From Patescibacteria group bacterium (GTDB lineage: Bacteria > Patescibacteriota > Patescibacteriia > Patescibacteriales > UBA12465): 64,000 nucleotides of DNA. Location of the stretch: contig JBMNFW010000001.1 of NCBI GenBank assembly GCA_050949525.1, forward strand, positions 65,078 to 129,077, in the 5' to 3' direction. Positions 58,599 to 64,000 of the stretch are shown here, one piece after another. The notes under the pieces were generated by a model that saw only the letters and a program-made list of their open reading frames with translations, searched no databases and was not told where the DNA came from. Numbering within the stretch: position 1 is the stretch's first letter; the number at the start of each line of letters is the position of its first letter. The translations under genes were made by a program, and so were the position numbers.

Positions 58599-60797
58599 AT
58601 GAAATTAATAATTGTAGAATCACCAACTAAAGCCAAGACTATTGCTAAATTTTTAGGTTCAGCTTATCGTCTGGAGTCTTCTTTTGGTCATATTAGAGAT
58701 TTACCAGCTAAAGAATTGGGGATCGATATTGAGAATAATTTTACACCAAAATATATTATTCCTGATAAATCCAAAAAGAAAGTAGCCGAATTAAAAAAAT
58801 TAGCTCAATCGGCTGATTTGGTAGTTTTAGCTTCGGATGATGACCGAGAGGGAGAGGCTATTGCTTGGCATTTAGTTCAGGCTTTATCCTTAAAAGAAGG
58901 TCAGTATCAGCGAATTGTTTTTCATGAGATTACTTCGGAAGCTATTTCAGGAGCCCTAAAAGAGCCACGAGGGATTAATTTAAATTTAGTAGATGCTCAA
59001 CAAGCTCGACGTGTTTTAGATCGTTTAGTGGGGTATAAATTATCTCCTTTTCTTTGGAAAAAGGTTTTAAGAGGTTTATCAGCTGGAAGAGTACAAAGTG
59101 TGGCTGTTCGTCTAGTAGTAGAAAAAGAACGAGAAATACAAGCTTTTATTCCACAAGAGTATTGGGATTTAAACGCTTATTTTAAGAAAGATAAACTTGA
59201 TTTTTCGGCTAAGTTATTAAAAATAGATCAAAAAAGTTTAGATAAGTTTTATTTTAAAAATGAATCTGATATATCTAAAATAGTACAAAATCTTAAGGGG
59301 GCCTCCTTTTCAGTGGCAAAAATTGAGGCTAAAGAGGGGAGTAAAAATCCTTTACCACCTTTTATTACTTCAACTTTACAACAAGCGGCTAATAATAGGT
59401 TAGGGTTTAGCGCTAAACAAACTATGATGATAGCTCAGAAGTTGTATGAAAAGGGATTTATTACTTATATGAGAACTGATTCTTTTAATTTATCTGATAA
59501 ATTTAGACAAGAAGCTAAGCAATATTTAAGGGATAATTTAGGTGATAAATATTTAAGTTCTGGCAAAGGTGTTTTTAAAAATAAGAATAAAAAGGCCCAG
59601 GAGGCTCATGAGGCTATTAGGCCCACTTCAGCTTTGTTAACGGCGGAAAATTTAGGATCTAAATTAGATCGGAATCAATCTAGGCTTTATCAGCTTATTT
59701 GGCAAAGAGCTATAGCTTCACAGATGTCACCAGCTATTTTAGACACAGTTGCGATTGATATTTCGGCGGGTCAATATCTGTTTCGAGCTAATGGACAACG
59801 AGTTAAGTTTAAAGGTTATCTAGAGGTTTATCCTGAAAAAGTTAGTGAAAATGATTTACCCAATTTAGAGTTAAAAGAGTTGTTAACTTTAAAAAAGTTA
59901 GAACCTGATCAACATTTTACTCAAGCCCCAGCTCGTTACTCTGATGCTAGTTTAGTAAAAGAGTTGGAGAAACATGGTATTGGTCGGCCTTCTACTTATG
60001 CCCCAACTATCGCTACTATTATTGATAGAAATTATGTTCAACGTGATGATAAGAAACGACTTTTTCCAACAGATATAGCTTATATAGTTAATGATGTTTT
60101 AGTTGAACATTTTCCGAATATTGTTAATTATAAGTTTACTGCTGAAATGGAGAATGATTTAGATCGCATTTCTTTAGGAGAAAAAAAATGGCAACCAGTT
60201 GTTAATGATTTTTGGCAGGATTTTTCTAAAAATTTAGAAAAAAAAGAAAAAGAGTTAGATAAAGAAAGCTTAGTTCCGGCTGAAGAATCTGATGAGATTT
60301 GTGAATTATGTGGGGCTAAGATGTTAGTTAAAATTGGTCGTTATGGAAAGTTTTTATCTTGTAGCGATTATCCTAAGTGTAAAAGCATTAAATCATTAAA
60401 ATCTAAAGATGTTGAATCAGAGGATAATCCTGAGTTATTAAATTTGAAGGAAAAATTACAAGGAGAAACTTGTGATTTATGTGGGGCTGAGATGATAGTT
60501 CGTTCTGGTCGTTTTGGTTATTTTTTAGGTTGTAGTCAATATCCTAAATGTAAGGGTATTAAGAATATTGATCCAAAAGGGGAAAAAGAAATTGAAGTTG
60601 ATTGTCCTCTTTGTGGACAAGGTAAAATAGTTAAAAAATTTAGTCGACGAGGACCTTTCTATGCTTGTAGCGCTTATCCTGATTGTAAGAATGCGTATAA
60701 TTCTCGACCAACAGGAGAAAAGTGCTCTAAGTGTGGATCTTTGATGATTGAGTCAAAGGATGGATCTCGTTGTTCAAATAAAGAATGTTTAAAATAA
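58599..60797 (+). CDS. topA: DNA topoisomerase I with C-terminal zinc ribbons
   Basis: IVESPTKA, DDDREGE, ITYMRTD, EAHEAIRP, GIGRPSTY, repeated C4 zinc ribbons. Confidence 0.97.
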   Translation: MKLIIVESPTKAKTIAKFLGSAYRLESSFGHIRDLPAKELGIDIENNFTPKYIIPDKSKKKVAELKKLAQSADLVVLASDDDREGEAIAWHLVQALSLKEGQYQRIVFHEITSEAISGALKEPRGINLNLVDAQQARRVLDRLVGYKLSPFLWKKVLRGLSAGRVQSVAVRLVVEKEREIQAFIPQEYWDLNAYFKKDKLDFSAKLLKIDQKSLDKFYFKNESDISKIVQNLKGASFSVAKIEAKEGSKNPLPPFITSTLQQAANNRLGFSAKQTMMIAQKLYEKGFITYMRTDSFNLSDKFRQEAKQYLRDNLGDKYLSSGKGVFKNKNKKAQEAHEAIRPTSALLTAENLGSKLDRNQSRLYQLIWQRAIASQMSPAILDTVAIDISAGQYLFRANGQRVKFKGYLEVYPEKVSENDLPNLELKELLTLKKLEPDQHFTQAPARYSDASLVKELEKHGIGRPSTYAPTIATIIDRNYVQRDDKKRLFPTDIAYIVNDVLVEHFPNIVNYKFTAEMENDLDRISLGEKKWQPVVNDFWQDFSKNLEKKEKELDKESLVPAEESDEICELCGAKMLVKIGRYGKFLSCSDYPKCKSIKSLKSKDVESEDNPELLNLKEKLQGETCDLCGAEMIVRSGRFGYFLGCSQYPKCKGIKNIDPKGEKEIEVDCPLCGQGKIVKKFSRRGPFYACSAYPDCKNAYNSRPTGEKCSKCGSLMIESKDGSRCSNKECLK

Positions 60798-60807
60798 TAT
60801 TAATTTT

Positions 60808-61806
60808 ATGAAAAAAGATATTGTGGTGGGAGTATCATCTTTCGCCCCTCTAGTTAGTGGATCAGGTTCAAGTTTTAAAGGCTTTGAAGTTGATTTATGG
60901 GAAATGATTGCTAAAAAGCTAAATCTTTCCTTTAGTTATAAAAAATACAATTTTACTAATCTTTTAGAAGCGGTTAAAGATAAAGAAGTGGATATTGCTT
61001 TTGCGGGTATTACTAGAACTAAGGAAAGGGAAGAAAAATTTAGCTTTTCTTACTTTACTTTAAGAACCGGTTTAGCTATTTTGATTAATGAAGATAATAA
61101 AATAAGTTTTTTAAAGAGTTTTAAAGATATGATCTTAAAAAATTTAAAAAAAATTCTTAATATTATTTTATTTTTCTTTGTTTTAATTGTTATTGTTAGT
61201 AATATTATTTGGTTTTTAGAGCGAGATTTAGATTCTTTAAATATTAGATCGTCTTATGGTCAGGGTATTATTGATTCTTTATGGTGGACTACTGGTGTAA
61301 TGAGTGGAGCAGGAGGAACATATCCTGAATCGGGGCTTGGTAAATTTTTAGGATTTTTTTCAATTTTTGTTGGTTTAGTAATTTTTTCTATTATTGTAGC
61401 TCAAGTAACCTCTTTTATTACTCTTAGTAAAATGAAGCATAGTATTAGCGATCCTAAAGATTTAGCTGGTAAAAAAGTTGGAACTAAAAGAGGCACCACT
61501 TCAGAAAAGGAATTAGAAAAATTAGGTGCCAAAATTGTTTTAGAGGATAATATTGAAGATGTTTTTGATAAATTAGCTAATAAAGAAATTGATGCTGTGG
61601 TTTTTGATGAACCAGTTATTCGTAATTTTGTTAAACACAATGATGAGTCCAATTTGATTATTGCTAGTGAAACTTTTAATAAGCAAACTTATGGTTTTGC
61701 TTTTCCTGAGGGTAGTGCTTTACGAGAGAAGTTTAATCGGGAGTTATTAGGTTTATTTGAATCAGGTGAGTACGATGCTTTATTAGCTAAATGGTTTGGT
61801 GTTTAG
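60808..61806 (+). CDS. Prokaryotic iGluR-like ligand-gated ion channel (S1-M1-P-M2-S2)
   Basis: S1 GFEVDLW..AGITRTKERE; TM, pore helix SLWW, TM; S2 GTTSE..DAVVFDEP..YGFAFP. Confidence 0.85.
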   Translation: MKKDIVVGVSSFAPLVSGSGSSFKGFEVDLWEMIAKKLNLSFSYKKYNFTNLLEAVKDKEVDIAFAGITRTKEREEKFSFSYFTLRTGLAILINEDNKISFLKSFKDMILKNLKKILNIILFFFVLIVIVSNIIWFLERDLDSLNIRSSYGQGIIDSLWWTTGVMSGAGGTYPESGLGKFLGFFSIFVGLVIFSIIVAQVTSFITLSKMKHSISDPKDLAGKKVGTKRGTTSEKELEKLGAKIVLEDNIEDVFDKLANKEIDAVVFDEPVIRNFVKHNDESNLIIASETFNKQTYGFAFPEGSALREKFNRELLGLFESGEYDALLAKWFGV

Positions 61807-62801
61807 TTAAAATAATCTAATTTCATAGCCATTTTAACTTTTTTCATAGTGGCCTGAGCTCGAGCTTGGGCCTTTTTTGTACCTTCTTGAAGTATTTTAT
61901 GGACCAATTCAGGTCGATCCTGATAATATTTTCTTTTTTCTTGAATAGGTTTTAAGAAGTTGATAATAATTTGACTTAGTTCCTTTTTACATTGAAGACA
62001 ACCTCGTGATCCAAGACGACATTCTGATTCTATTTCCTTTAAATGACTTGATTTAAATAATTGGTGGTAATAGAAAGCGGTACAAATTTTAGGATTACCA
62101 GGATCATTTAAATGTATTTTTTTTGTATCAGTTAAAGCTTGTTTAACCTTTTTTTCAATTATCTCTGGACTATCAGATAGGTAAATAGCATTACCTAAAC
62201 TTTTTCCCATTTTAGTTTTTCCATCTAATCCCTTAATTCGAGGATTAGGGCTTAATAAGGTTTCGGGGGATTTTAAAGTATTGCCATAAATATTATTAAA
62301 TTTTTTAACAATTTCTCTAGTTTGTTCCATCATTGGTAATTGATCTTCGCCAACTGGAACTAGATCAGCTTCAAAGATGGTAATATCAGCTGCTTGACTA
62401 ATGGGGTAGCCCAAAAATCCATAAGTAACTCCATTTTTAAAAATTTCTTTTTTTTGGTTTATTTCTTCTTTAACGGTTGGGTTTCTTTGTAAACGATTGA
62501 TATTAACTAAATTAGAATAAAAAACAGTTAATTCGGCAATTTCTGGAATTAAGGATTGAATAAAAATGGTGGAAACTTTAGGATCTAGACCAATAGCTAA
62601 ATTATCTAAAGCCACTTCTAAAACATTTTTTCTAACTTTTTCTGGTTGAGAAAAATTATCGGTTAAAGCTTGAACATCGGCAATCATGATATAGTTTTGA
62701 TATTCTTCTTGTAATTTAATTCGGTTTAACATGGAACCAAAAAGGTGTCCAATATGTAATGGTCCAGTTGGTCGATCTCCAGTTAGAACTATTTTTTTCA
62801 T
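61803..62801 (-). CDS. trpS: Tryptophanyl-tRNA synthetase
   Basis: TGDRPTGPLHIGH, YPISQAADI, VPVGEDQ, KMGKS. Confidence 0.96.
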   Translation of the reverse strand: MKKIVLTGDRPTGPLHIGHLFGSMLNRIKLQEEYQNYIMIADVQALTDNFSQPEKVRKNVLEVALDNLAIGLDPKVSTIFIQSLIPEIAELTVFYSNLVNINRLQRNPTVKEEINQKKEIFKNGVTYGFLGYPISQAADITIFEADLVPVGEDQLPMMEQTREIVKKFNNIYGNTLKSPETLLSPNPRIKGLDGKTKMGKSLGNAIYLSDSPEIIEKKVKQALTDTKKIHLNDPGNPKICTAFYYHQLFKSSHLKEIESECRLGSRGCLQCKKELSQIIINFLKPIQEKRKYYQDRPELVHKILQEGTKKAQARAQATMKKVKMAMKLDYFN

Positions 62802-62806
62802 AAATT

Positions 62807-63121
62807 TTATTTTTTCAATTTTTTCTTGGAAGTGTCTTGGTTTGATTTTTTATTTTTTTTCTTATCTTTAAAATATTCTAAAGCTTTTTCGATTAAATTA
62901 ACTAAGAGAAGCAAGTGAGAACTACTACTTTTAAAACGGTTTTTTATGAGATCAATTAATTCATTGGTTTTATTAACGGCTTCCTCGATCCCATCACCAA
63001 TATTTTTTAATCGACGTAAATTTTGAATTAGATAGAAGAGAAAACGAGCGGTGAAAAAAGTTAGTATAATAACCGCTAGGGCTATTGATAGATTTAAGAT
63101 ATCTTTACTAGTGTTAAACAT
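62807..63121 (-). CDS. Small membrane-anchored coiled-coil protein
   Basis: N-terminal TM followed by a heptad-like helix and a Lys-rich tail. Confidence 0.6.
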   Translation of the reverse strand: MFNTSKDILNLSIALAVIILTFFTARFLFYLIQNLRRLKNIGDGIEEAVNKTNELIDLIKNRFKSSSSHLLLLVNLIEKALEYFKDKKKNKKSNQDTSKKKLKK

Positions 63122-63138
63122 ATGTTTTTTTAATTATA

Positions 63139-64000
63139 TTAAAAATCTCTAATTTGAGCTGAAAATTTATTTTCTAAATGTTTAATTAATTCGGCTTGAA
63201 TTTTATCTACTTCTTCAGTGCTTAAGGTTTTTTCTTCGGAGGCATAGCTAAGATGAAAAGCTAAACTTTTTTTATTTTCTTCTAAGTTATAGACATCAAA
63301 AAGCTCTAGTTCTTTAAGCAGTGGGCTAAAATTCTTTATTTCGCGATTAATATCATTATATAATATTTTTTGATCAATCACAAAGGCTAGGTCTCTTTTT
63401 AGGCTTGGAAATTTGGCCGGAGCTTGATATTCAGCTTTAGGGGTTTCATTTAAGATATTGAGTAAATTTTTTAAACTTATTTCAGCTAAACTGACATCTT
63501 TTTTTAATGAGTTTTTTTTGATAGCTTCCGGACTTAATTTGGCAATAAATCCAATTTCTCGATTGTTTAACATAATGAGAGCGTTTTCATCTTTTTTAGC
63601 CCAAGGAATTTCTAGGTCACTAGGTAAAAACTCTAAATTTAAATTATTTTGTATTTCATTTAAAAAGCTAGTAATAATACTTTTTAGATTAGAAAAAGAG
63701 TCTCCTTGGTAATTAGCTAGGGCTAAACCTAGTTTTTTTTCTTGATAAGGTAGGCTTTCATTTTGTTTTTTATCTTTCGGTATTTCTCCAGCTACATTTA
63801 GAAAAATATTTCCAATTTCGAAAAAAGATAAGTTTTCTTTTTTAGCTTGGTTACTTTGAATATTAGATACTAGACCAGCAATTAAGTCGGTTCTTAAAAA
63901 TTCAAAGTGGCTTGAGCTGGGGTTTAGTAATCTTAAGTGATTATTAGTATCAATATTGAGTTTAGTTAATTGTTCTTGGCCTAAGAAGGAATAATTATAT
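63139..64000 (-). CDS. pheT: Phenylalanyl-tRNA synthetase beta subunit, 5'-truncated by window edge
   Basis: Frame reads YNYSF..LLNP..FLRTDL at the window end; FDX-ACB motifs KFPSLKRDLAF, LFDVY, KSLAF. Confidence 0.93.
   Translation of the reverse strand, partial: YNYSFLGQEQLTKLNIDTNNHLRLLNPSSSHFEFLRTDLIAGLVSNIQSNQAKKENLSFFEIGNIFLNVAGEIPKDKKQNESLPYQEKKLGLALANYQGDSFSNLKSIITSFLNEIQNNLNLEFLPSDLEIPWAKKDENALIMLNNREIGFIAKLSPEAIKKNSLKKDVSLAEISLKNLLNILNETPKAEYQAPAKFPSLKRDLAFVIDQKILYNDINREIKNFSPLLKELELFDVYNLEENKKSLAFHLSYASEEKTLSTEEVDKIQAELIKHLENKFSAQIRDF

Noticed and set aside
63139-63573. Stand-alone 144-aa FDX-ACB protein
   Set aside because: The frame continues toward the window edge with PheT motifs; it is the 3' part of pheT.

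Overview
AT-rich bacterial chromosomal window read in genetic code 11, with almost all genes on the + strand. Gene content points to a Patescibacteria/CPR (Parcubacteria-like) genome. This is an inference from the short HrcA and AtpH, the N-terminal-only GlmU, a giant pilin-fused surface protein, and near absence of Shine-Dalgarno sites. Housekeeping blocks: elp3(partial)-glyA-folD-recQ-methyltransferase-glmM-glmU(N); clpP; secD-secF-O-antigen-ligase-like-pilD; ftsA-ftsZ; hrcA-grpE-hsp20-dnaK-dnaJ-tatD with CIRCE; complete F1Fo atp operon; tRNA-Cys; groES-groEL with CIRCE; mltG; rpoB-rpoC; pth-dprA-topA; trpS; pheT(partial). Best candidate for an undescribed system is 7.7-18.9 kb. It encodes a 1990-aa protein with a VirB2/TrbC-like pilin fused to Cys-rich, IPT, Ig and FN3 modules; a ~1118-aa protein with an internal type IV pilin-like head and a FISUMP domain; and two Ca-binding-repeat membrane proteins. 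It is followed by a parvulin-containing SecD, a putative pilin glycosyltransferase and PilD. Other notable signals: an Elp3 plus Trm9-like pair (possible mcm5U34 pathway), an iGluR-like channel lacking both the K+ filter and a signal peptide, FtsZ with a duplicated C-terminal peptide, a 10-bp tandem repeat forming the fic promoter, and T at -1 in 42 of 50 start codons. No CRISPR array, rRNA, transposase, integrase or reverse transcriptase was seen. All family calls come from motif recognition by eye, not database searches.
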